In this document: one piece after another, positions 9,402 through 17,103 of the stretch
How the letters are laid out: each line of letters starts with the position of its first letter
How positions within the stretch are numbered: the first letter of the stretch is position 1
Source of the DNA: Capsulimonadales bacterium
GTDB lineage: Bacteria; Armatimonadota; Armatimonadia; Armatimonadales; Armatimonadaceae
DNA length: 28,508 nucleotides
Direction of reading: 5' to 3'
Assembly (NCBI GenBank): GCA_033762295.1
Contig: JANRLW010000081.1
Span: 1 to 28,508, forward strand
Made by a program: the position numbers and the translations under genes
The notes under the pieces: model-generated
What the model was told of the DNA's origin: nothing
Databases searched by the model: none
What the model saw: the letters and a program-made list of their open reading frames with translations, nothing else

Positions 9402-11432
9402 ATGAAAAAGTGTCGCTTGTCACCCCTTCTTCTGCCCGGAATTCTTCTGCTTTCGGCCTGGCTTCTGTCCGGCTGCAGCAATAACCCGTATCCGCCCGGC
9501 GAATCCTACGGCAACGTGATCTACCGGTCGATGAGTGATGATCCGAAATCGCTGGACCCGTCGTTCTCCTATACGGTCGATGAGGCCTACATTACGGATC
9601 TCGTCTATCCCTCCTATTATAAATATGAATACCTGAAGCGACCTTTCGAGGTCACGCTGAACCTGGGAGCGAAGGAACCGATCCGGGAGCCGTGGCAAAC
9701 GACCGTTCGACAGCCGGACGGAACGACCCGGACGGTGACCGGCGAAAAGTACACCTTCACGATCAAAAACGACCTTCGATTCCAGGACGATCCCGTCTTT
9801 CCCGAAGGCAAGGGCCGTCCGATCACCGCCAACGACATCGTCTACTCGTTCAAGCGAATGTGCGATGCCAAGGTGCAGTGTCCGGTCGCCTCCTTCTTCG
9901 CCGATAAGGTGATCGGTTGGGAGGAGTACTCCCAGGGGTTCGCTACCGGCAATGAGGCGGCGCGGATCAAACACTACGACGACGACCTCCCCGGCGTCCG
10001 GGTGGATAAAAACGATCCGTATACCTTTTATATCTTCCTGAATCAGCCGTATCCTCAGTTGAAATACCTGATGGCGATGCACTTTACCACGCCCCAGGCA
10101 CGGGAAGCGGTGGAGTTCTACAAGGACGAGTACGCCCGGCACATGGTCGGCTGCGGCCCCTACCGGATGGCGGAGTACAAACCCAAGCAGCGAATCACCC
10201 TGGTGGCCAATCCGAATCGGCACAAGGACTATTACCCCACCGAGGGCGAACCGGGCGATCGCGAGAAGGGACTGCTCGAGGATGCGGGGAAACCCCTGCC
10301 GCTCAACGATAAGGTCGTGGTCAACATCATTCGGGAAGGAACCTCCGCCTGGAACCTGTTCCGGCAGGGGTACCTCGACGCCGCCGGAGTGGGCAATACC
10401 AACTACCAGCAGGTCGTCGGTACGAACGGCCTTTTAACCCCGCAGATGGAGCAAAAAGGAATTCAGCTTCGGAAGGATACGCAGGTCAATGTCTACTACC
10501 TCGCCTTCAACCTGCTGGATCCCGTCTGGGGCGGCTATACCCCGGCAAAGCGTAAACTGCGGCAGGCGGTCTCCCTGGCGGTGGATTCCCGGGAGTTTAT
10601 CGACCTGATGCGCCAGGGGAACGGCGTTCCCGCCGAATGGCTGCTGCCGCCGGGCGTCTTCGCCTACGATCCCGATTACAAAAACCCGTACAAAACCGCC
10701 GATCTCGAAAAAGCGAAGAAACTTCTGGCGGAGGCGGGCTATCCCAACGGCAACGATCCGAAAACCGGCCGGAAACTGGTTCTGAACTTCGACAACACCG
10801 GAATCAACGCCGCCGGACGTATCCTCACCGGACTGATTCAGCGACAGATCGAACGCATCGGTATCAAGGTGGAGAGCCGCGCCACCCGGCCGGACCTGTT
10901 TCAGGACAAACTCCTGAAGAATCAGCACCAGTTTATCTATTACGGCTGGTTTGCCGACTACCCGGACCCGGAGAACTTCGTCTTCCTGCTGTACGGACCC
11001 AACAAAAAGCCGGGACCGAACTCGTCCAACTACGCCAACCCGGAGTACGACGCACTGTTCGAACGGATGCGGTCCATGGAAAACTCGCCCGAACGTGTGG
11101 CGATCATCCAACGGATGCGGGATCTGGCGGTCGAGGACGTGCCCTGGATACCGATTTACCATGAGGTTGCCCTCTCGGTCGGATACGATTGGATGAAGAA
11201 CGTCAAGGCGCACCCGATCGACAACTCGTTCAACCAGTATCGCCGCGTGGATGTGGCGGAGCGAACGCGCAAACAGAAGGAATGGAACCAGCCGAACTAT
11301 CTGCCGGTCGTCCTGCTGCTTCTGGCCATCATCGGCAGTATCCTTCCGGCGATCAATGTCGTCGCCCGACGCATCAACCGGCGGGTCCGCCGTCCCGGCG
11401 CGGAACACAGCATGGAAGGAGGCGGGGAATAA
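9402..11432 (+). CDS. Peptide/nickel-type (family 5) ABC substrate-binding lipoprotein with extra C-terminal TM helix
   Basis: Lipobox LSGC, DPKSLDP, TANDIVYSFKR, VGCGPY, DLEKAKKLLAEAGY, GWFADYPDPEN; hydrophobic C-terminal segment followed by an Arg-rich stretch. Confidence 0.93.
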   Translation: MKKCRLSPLLLPGILLLSAWLLSGCSNNPYPPGESYGNVIYRSMSDDPKSLDPSFSYTVDEAYITDLVYPSYYKYEYLKRPFEVTLNLGAKEPIREPWQTTVRQPDGTTRTVTGEKYTFTIKNDLRFQDDPVFPEGKGRPITANDIVYSFKRMCDAKVQCPVASFFADKVIGWEEYSQGFATGNEAARIKHYDDDLPGVRVDKNDPYTFYIFLNQPYPQLKYLMAMHFTTPQAREAVEFYKDEYARHMVGCGPYRMAEYKPKQRITLVANPNRHKDYYPTEGEPGDREKGLLEDAGKPLPLNDKVVVNIIREGTSAWNLFRQGYLDAAGVGNTNYQQVVGTNGLLTPQMEQKGIQLRKDTQVNVYYLAFNLLDPVWGGYTPAKRKLRQAVSLAVDSREFIDLMRQGNGVPAEWLLPPGVFAYDPDYKNPYKTADLEKAKKLLAEAGYPNGNDPKTGRKLVLNFDNTGINAAGRILTGLIQRQIERIGIKVESRATRPDLFQDKLLKNQHQFIYYGWFADYPDPENFVFLLYGPNKKPGPNSSNYANPEYDALFERMRSMENSPERVAIIQRMRDLAVEDVPWIPIYHEVALSVGYDWMKNVKAHPIDNSFNQYRRVDVAERTRKQKEWNQPNYLPVVLLLLAIIGSILPAINVVARRINRRVRRPGAEHSMEGGGE

Positions 11433-11435
11433 GTC

Positions 11436-12533
11436 ATGCTCCGCTACACCATCCGCCGACTTCTCTATTCCATTCCGATCCTTTTCGGAGTGCTTCTTAT
11501 CACCTACTCGCTGTTTTTCGGCGTCACACCGCCGGAAATCATCGCCCGACGCAACCTTTCCACTCGTGATCCGAAACCCGCTCAGATCGAGCAGTGGCTC
11601 GCCGACCACGGCTACGGCGAACCGAAAACGGAGGAGATGGAAAAGGACGCGTTCGGTCGTTTCCTGCTTTCCGCCGGGATCAAGCCCAAAGTAAAGTCAG
11701 TGAACCCGGCCGAACCGCCGAATCCGGCGGAACCGGCGACCGCGCCCCCGGCACCGGACTTTCGCCCGTCCGCCGCCGCACGCCTGATGCAGTTGAAGCG
11801 CAACACCGTCGATGTCATGCTCTTTCAGTTCGGCAAATCCGATTCCACCAAAGAGGACATCTGGGAGCGTCTGAAGAAGGGTGCCGTTCCGTCGTTCCTG
11901 ATCCAGGCGATCATTTTCGGCACCGGGCTCTTCACCGCGTTGATGCTCGCCGTTCTGGTCGCCTACTTCCGGGGAACCTACATCGATAGCCTCGCCACCA
12001 TCGTTTGCGTTCTGATGATGAGCGTCGTCTATATGGTCTATATCATCGGTCTGCAGTACGGCATGGGGCGCGTCGCGCAGTACGGACCGGTCTGGGGCTT
12101 CGATCCGGAAAACGGTATCGGGAAGTTTCTCCTGATCCCGGTCGTTATCGGCGTCATCGCCGGAGTGGGCGCGGAAATCCGGCTGTACCGGACGTTTCTC
12201 CTCGATGAGACCGGACAGGACTATGTCCGGACCGCCCGTGCCAAAGGCGTCCCTGAGGGACGTATTCTTCTCGGTCATGTTTTGAAAAATGCCCTGATTC
12301 CGGTTATCACACAGACGGTCTCCGCGATTCCGGTTCTGATCCTCGGAGGACTCCTTCTGGAGAACTTCTTCGGGATTCCCGGACTCGGCTCCTATCTGAA
12401 CGATGCCATCAACTCGCAGGACTTCGCGGTCGTTCGCGCCATGGTCTTCCTGGGCGCCCTGCTGACGATCGTCGGACAGATCATGACCGACCTTCTGTAC
12501 GCCGTCGTCGATCCCCGCATCCGCCTGGAATAG
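11436..12533 (+). CDS. ABC permease, OppB/DppB type
   Basis: MLRYTIRRLL, EAA loop QDYVRTARAKG, HVLKNALIP, DLLYAVVDPRIR. Confidence 0.95.
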   Translation: MLRYTIRRLLYSIPILFGVLLITYSLFFGVTPPEIIARRNLSTRDPKPAQIEQWLADHGYGEPKTEEMEKDAFGRFLLSAGIKPKVKSVNPAEPPNPAEPATAPPAPDFRPSAAARLMQLKRNTVDVMLFQFGKSDSTKEDIWERLKKGAVPSFLIQAIIFGTGLFTALMLAVLVAYFRGTYIDSLATIVCVLMMSVVYMVYIIGLQYGMGRVAQYGPVWGFDPENGIGKFLLIPVVIGVIAGVGAEIRLYRTFLLDETGQDYVRTARAKGVPEGRILLGHVLKNALIPVITQTVSAIPVLILGGLLLENFFGIPGLGSYLNDAINSQDFAVVRAMVFLGALLTIVGQIMTDLLYAVVDPRIRLE

Positions 12534-12536
12534 AAG

Positions 12537-13571
12537 ATGCCAAACGAAACACCGAATTTCTTCCAATCCGACCTGTTTCAAAACGCCGTTCCGGTCGTCG
12601 TCCTCGCCGGTCTCGTCTGGGCGCTGGTCGCCGCCGGACGGACACCGCTCTGGTCGGAAGCGTACCGCCGCCTTTTGCGCCGTCCGCTCGCCGTCTTCGC
12701 ACTGGTCGTGATCGGTCTCTACGGGACCGTTGCCCTGCTCGACAGTTTCGGCGCGACCGATCCGAAGTCCCAGACCCGGAAAACGGTTCTCGATCGCCTG
12801 TTCGAGCGTCCGAAAGAGCGCACCTACTCCGCCCCGATGGCCGACATGACCTTCGGTGAACCGGAGCCGCAAAAACTGAAGGAGCCGGGAACGCACCTGC
12901 TGGGAACCGATGGCGTCGGCAACGATATTCTCTATCGAACGCTCAAAGGGGTTAAAACCGCTCTCACCATCGGGGGAGCCACCTCCCTGATGGTCACACC
13001 GATCGCCCTGCTCCTGGGCATGATGGCCGGCTACTACGGGAAGACGATCGACGACATCATTCAGTACGTCTATACGGTCCTGTCCTCGATTCCGGGAATC
13101 CTGCTCCAGATCGCGCTGGTCCTGGTTCTGGGCAAGGGACTGCCCCAGATCTGTATCGCTCTCGGCATCACCCGATGGGTTGGCTTGTGCCGCCTGACGC
13201 GCGGGGAAACGCTCAAGCACCGGGATCGGGAGTACGTGCGCGGCGCGAAAGCCCTCGGCGTCTCGGATTTTCGTCTGCTCACCCGCCATATCCTGCCCAA
13301 TCTCCTGCCGGTCGTGATCATCTCCGTGACACTGGGCTTTTCCGGCCTGGTCCTTTCCGAGTCGACGCTGACCTACCTGGGGATCGGCGTGGATGCGGAT
13401 ACCGGCTCCTGGGGCAACATGATCGACGCCGCCCGTGACGAACTGGCGCGGGACCCGATCATCTGGTGGAACCTGACCTCGGCGACCTCCGCGCTCTTCC
13501 TTCTGGTGCTGGCGTTCAATCTCCTGGGCGACGCCCTGCGCGATGCGATCGATCCCCGTTTGCGAAGTTAG
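12537..13571 (+). CDS. ABC permease, OppC/DppC type
   Basis: HLLGTDGVGND, EYVRGAKALG, HILPN, GDALRDAIDPR. Confidence 0.95.
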   Translation: MPNETPNFFQSDLFQNAVPVVVLAGLVWALVAAGRTPLWSEAYRRLLRRPLAVFALVVIGLYGTVALLDSFGATDPKSQTRKTVLDRLFERPKERTYSAPMADMTFGEPEPQKLKEPGTHLLGTDGVGNDILYRTLKGVKTALTIGGATSLMVTPIALLLGMMAGYYGKTIDDIIQYVYTVLSSIPGILLQIALVLVLGKGLPQICIALGITRWVGLCRLTRGETLKHRDREYVRGAKALGVSDFRLLTRHILPNLLPVVIISVTLGFSGLVLSESTLTYLGIGVDADTGSWGNMIDAARDELARDPIIWWNLTSATSALFLLVLAFNLLGDALRDAIDPRLRS

Positions 13572-13577
13572 ACGGAC

Positions 13578-13610
13578 CGCCCCTGACCCGGATCGACCGG
13601 GTCAGGGGCG
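13578..13610. terminator. Hairpin between convergent permease and uxaA genes
   Basis: CGCCCCTGACCCGG-ATCGA-CCGGGTCAGGGGCG, perfect 14-bp stem. Confidence 0.7.
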
Positions 13611-13618
13611 ACCGGAGC

Positions 13619-15166
13619 CTACTCCGTCACCCCATCCTTGAACAACGCGATCTCACGACATCCGTTTCGCTCCGCTTTCGTCTCCTCGCCGGACGCAACC
13701 CGCAGCGTCAGTGCCAGAAGTTCGTCGGCCAGACGTTCCGGGTCCGCGCCGGTTTCGGCGATCGGCCCGGCGTCAAAATCGATCCAGTGCGGCTTGCGAC
13801 GGGCAAGATCGGAATTCGTGGAGATTTTCAGGGTCGGGACGCAGGTGCCGAACGGCGTTCCCCGCCCCGTGGTAAACAGGACGATCTGCGCTCCGGCGCA
13901 GGCCAGCGTCGTGCAGGAAACGGCATCGTTGCCGGGTCCGTAGGCCAGAGCGATTCCGCCCTCCGTCTCCCCTTCGGCCCGACGCAACGGCTCGCCGTAA
14001 CCCAGGACGAAACGGACCGGGGCGGCGGTCCCGCCCTTCTGGACACAGCCGAGGGATTTCTCCTCCAGGGTCGTGATGCCGCCCGCTTTATTTCCCGGCG
14101 AGGGGTTTTCGGCGATCGGTTCGCCATAGCGCCGGAAGTAGTCCTTGAAGTCGTTGATCATCGCACCGACCGCGCGAAAGGTTGTCTCCTCGTCGGCGCG
14201 CGCCATCAGCAGACGCTCCGCCCCGAACATCTCCGGCACTTCGGTCAGAACGGAGACCCCTCCCCGCGCGGCGTGCCGGTCGGCGAGGATTCCGACCAGC
14301 GGGTTGGCGGTCAGCCCGGAAAAGCCGTCCGACCCGCCGCACTTCATTCCGAGGACAAGTTTCGACGCCGGGACGGGCAACCGCACATCCGTCGCGCAGC
14401 GGGCGGCCAGTTCGGTCAGAGCGTCGAGCGCGGCTTCGTACTCGTCCTCCGTCTCCTGGGCGTTGAACCAGCGCAGACGCGAGGGATCGGCGAGCCGGAG
14501 GGCATCGACCTGTTCCCTGAGGACATTATTTTCACAGCCGAGTCCGAACAGGAGAACGCCGCCGCAGTTGGGGTGCGTCGCCAGGGCAGCGAGGGCCCGC
14601 CGGGTCTGTGCCAGGTCGCTCCCGATCTGGGCACAACCGTACGGATGCGTGTGGGCGTAGACTCCGTCCACGGTCCCTCCGTTGGCGCGAGCCAGTCGCG
14701 CATGTCCGCGTCGCGCGATCTCCTCCGCCACCCGGTTGATACAGCCGACGGTGCAGAGGACCCAGAGTTCGTTCCGGATGCCGACCTGACCGTCGGCCCG
14801 CAGGTAGCCCGCGAAGGTCGTGTCGGTGACCGGTGTTTTTGCCCGCGGAAACTCCGGAGACCGAACATTTCCGGTCCATTCGTAGGTTTCGTTTTTGTCG
14901 AGGGCGGTACGGACGTTGTGGGTGTGTACCCAATCGCCGGGGGCGATATCGACGGTCGCCTGCCCGAACGGCAGGCCGAACTTTCGCAAAAGAGCGCCGA
15001 CGGGAACGGCCCGCAGAGCGATCTTATGGCCGGACGGAATGGCTTCCCGGGTGACGACGACGGTTTCACCGGCTCGTACCGCGGTTCCGGCGGCAAGAGC
15101 GGGCGACAGGAGGGTGGCGACATCATCTTCGGAGTGGACGCGCAGGGCGCGGGCTTGGGTGGGCAT
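13619..15166 (-). CDS. uxaA: Altronate dehydratase (UxaA/GarD family)
   Basis: SAF domain (GHKIAL, VHTHNV), VGIRNELW, HPYGCAQ, GLGCENN, KCGGSDGFSGLTANP, NPSPGNKAGG, IALFKDGVT. GGAGG RBS. Confidence 0.93.
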   Translation of the reverse strand: MPTQARALRVHSEDDVATLLSPALAAGTAVRAGETVVVTREAIPSGHKIALRAVPVGALLRKFGLPFGQATVDIAPGDWVHTHNVRTALDKNETYEWTGNVRSPEFPRAKTPVTDTTFAGYLRADGQVGIRNELWVLCTVGCINRVAEEIARRGHARLARANGGTVDGVYAHTHPYGCAQIGSDLAQTRRALAALATHPNCGGVLLFGLGCENNVLREQVDALRLADPSRLRWFNAQETEDEYEAALDALTELAARCATDVRLPVPASKLVLGMKCGGSDGFSGLTANPLVGILADRHAARGGVSVLTEVPEMFGAERLLMARADEETTFRAVGAMINDFKDYFRRYGEPIAENPSPGNKAGGITTLEEKSLGCVQKGGTAAPVRFVLGYGEPLRRAEGETEGGIALAYGPGNDAVSCTTLACAGAQIVLFTTGRGTPFGTCVPTLKISTNSDLARRKPHWIDFDAGPIAETGADPERLADELLALTLRVASGEETKAERNGCREIALFKDGVTE

Positions 15167-15271
15167 GGCAATTCCTCCGTTTTCGGTTCCTTCTTCGGGA
15201 CGGAAGTTCCTCCGTCCGTCGGGAAAGGCAATTTGGCATAAAAAACATCCCCACTTTTTTTTCGATTCGTT

Positions 15272-15300
15272 TTAGCAAACGGTGCAGGATGCGCTATACT
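15272..15300 (+). promoter_or_regulatory. Probable sigma70-type promoter opening the long leader of the orphan sigma gene
   Basis: TTAGCA-17 bp-TATACT, preceded by A/T tracts (UP-element-like) at 15240-15262. Confidence 0.6.
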
Positions 15301-15306
15301 GCGAGA

Positions 15307-16400
15307 GAAGGCGCGTGCGTACCCCGCCAACCTTTGATGGCGCGCCTTTCATACGCATTAGCAGGAGGAACGTTTGATGTTGAGCATTTGGCCCATAAAT
15401 CAGCCGATGTCCCGCGTCGCCGAATTTGCCTGCTGTGCGATCCTCGACTTCCGCTCTCCGAGTGGAAACGATAACGACAACCGGAAAATGCCGTCGGGCA
15501 TGTCCGAGGTTGCCCGACCGGCAACCGTCGACCGCACCGCGAAAGCGGGGCTCCTGGAAACCGGCGTCGTGCCGGCAGGAACCGGAAACCCGGGCGAAAC
15601 CTATCGCCCAGGCAACCTGCCTCGGAAGACATACCGACACTTTGCCTTCGTCGGCACAGGAACGTCCTTCGGCATGCGCCGCAGAACGAACCTGCCGCTC
15701 CCAGGCAAGGCATCCGGTCAATCCGGCAACGGGTAAGACGGAACCTGGCTCCTTACACGGGGGCCGCCACCGTCAACCCGGAAGGTTTGAAATCGTCATC
15801 GTTTTCGCAACGCGGCCCGTAGCGCGATGTCCCGGATCGCCAGCCTTTCCGAAAGACTGACGAATCCTACCCGTTTCGTCAGAAGAGGAAAAAATGGCCA
15901 CCGGCAGACAGGAACCACCGACGCAGCACGCACGACCGGCAATCGCCGCCGTCGTTCGCTCCCTGCCCGGAACGGACATCCCGATCGCGCGCTTTCGGGC
16001 GCATTCCGCGTAAACACAGGACAGGAGGATGCAGGGACACGTATCGAGGGATACATGTCTCTCATCCGGAGCCGAAGTAACCGGCTCTCACTCTATCTGT
16101 CCTCACCCGACCTGACTTCGCAGCGAACCTGAACAATCGTATACCGCTTCGGATCACGCCGAAGGTCTGCCCGTCCTGAACACTCCCTGTCGCAGGCGGA
16201 CCGGCATTCCCCGACGTTTCGATCCCTGAACCCGACGTCCGTTTCGGCCGTCCGGGAACGGCGGTCTGCGGTTTGTTCGGCGACGAAGGAGCAAATTCCG
16301 GCAGCCGACCCCATGGTAACCCGGTGGTGATCAAGTGGTGATCCACAGGAATGCTGCTGCGCTCATTGCCCTCTCGCTGCGCCTGACAACGACGGAGAGA
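15307..16400 (+). ncRNA. Putative long structured leader or non-coding RNA, family unidentified
   Basis: No recognisable protein over 1.1 kb. More than 10 hairpins, including GNRA-capped stems (ccgcGAAAgcgg 15537-48, ccgGCAAcgg 15723-32, ccgGGAAcgg 16252-61). Confidence 0.4.
15377..15736 (+). CDS. Possible 119-aa hypothetical ORF within the structured leader
   Basis: AGGAGG 8 nt before the ATG, downstream of the predicted promoter. The protein is featureless and overlaps strong hairpins. Confidence 0.3.
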   Translation: MLSIWPINQPMSRVAEFACCAILDFRSPSGNDNDNRKMPSGMSEVARPATVDRTAKAGLLETGVVPAGTGNPGETYRPGNLPRKTYRHFAFVGTGTSFGMRRRTNLPLPGKASGQSGNG

Positions 16401-16409
16401 AACTCAGCC

Positions 16410-17048
16410 GTGACGACTTATCTGAAGAATACGCGAAGGACTCCCGCTTCCACCGCCCCGCTGGCCGGAGTCCGAAACACCGCTCCGGGAGATTCCACCC
16501 TCCGGGTGATGAACCGGGCGCGCAAGGGAGACGTGGTCGCACAGGATCGCCTGCGAGAGACGCTTCGTCCGCGACTGGAATCGCTCGCGGGTTACTACGC
16601 CTCGCGGACCGGTATGGATGCGGCCGACCTGCTGCAGGAGGCCTGGGTCGCTGTCTTCGAGGCGCTTCCTTCGGTGGATATGAACGTCGGTACGCCGACT
16701 CAGTACCTGCTGAAGCATGCCCGGTGGCAGATCCTGGACCACATCCGCTGGAACAAGCGCCGGTCGCACGATGCGCTCGACGAAACCTATGCCGAAACCA
16801 CGGAAGCCGAGGATTCGGCGTTCGGTACCGGGTCGATCGCGCCGGGAACATCGGAAGTGGAAACGAAAATGCTGGTCGAGGACCTGGAGCGCCGCCTGAA
16901 CGCCCGCCAGAAGGCGATTCTTCAGGGCTTGCTCGACGGCTGCACCTGGCGGCAGATCGGGGATACCCTGGGCTGCACCTCGGCAAACGTCGCCTACCAT
17001 GTCCGGGGAATCCGACAGGCCTACTCGGACATGACCGGTAAGCACTGA
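16410..17048 (+). CDS. Orphan group-4 (SigH/ECF-like) sigma70-family factor
   Basis: ARKGDVVAQDRL, DAADLLQEAWVAVFEAL, ARWQILDHIR (region 2); LNARQKAIL...GCTWRQIGDTLGCTSANVAYHVRGIR (region 4 HTH). GTG start with GGAG RBS. Confidence 0.88.
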   Translation: MTTYLKNTRRTPASTAPLAGVRNTAPGDSTLRVMNRARKGDVVAQDRLRETLRPRLESLAGYYASRTGMDAADLLQEAWVAVFEALPSVDMNVGTPTQYLLKHARWQILDHIRWNKRRSHDALDETYAETTEAEDSAFGTGSIAPGTSEVETKMLVEDLERRLNARQKAILQGLLDGCTWRQIGDTLGCTSANVAYHVRGIRQAYSDMTGKH

Positions 17049-17064
17049 TGTACCGCCCGTTGCC

Positions 17065-17096
17065 GCGACGGGACAACAATCCGGTTGTCCCGTCGC
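17065..17096. terminator. Hairpin between convergent sigma and YaaW-fusion genes
   Basis: GCGACGGGACAAC-AATCCG-GTTGTCCCGTCGC, perfect 13-bp stem. Confidence 0.7.
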
Positions 17097-17103
17097 TCAC
17101 GGC

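Noticed and set aside
10434..15241. Long antisense ORFs (10434-11609, 11697-13289, 13466-15241)
   Set aside because: They lie opposite the ABC genes and uxaA, show no motifs, and are expected in high-GC coding DNA.
16339..16347. TGATCCACA, a DnaA-box-like 9-mer (yidC-jag often lies near oriC)
   Set aside because: It is a single mismatched copy with no cluster and no AT-rich unwinding element.
15300..16400. RNase P RNA, tmRNA, group II intron, TPP, c-di-GMP, c-di-AMP or cobalamin riboswitch, or CRISPR array as identity of the leader
   Set aside because: I found none of their hallmark conserved sequences on either strand, and no regularly spaced repeat-spacer units. A covariance-model search is still needed.
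16280..16410. Glycine riboswitch-like words (GAAGGAGCAA; GGAGAGAAACTCAG)
   Set aside because: The elements are in the wrong order, with no upstream GGAGA stem and no CTCTCAGG; the downstream gene is unrelated to glycine.
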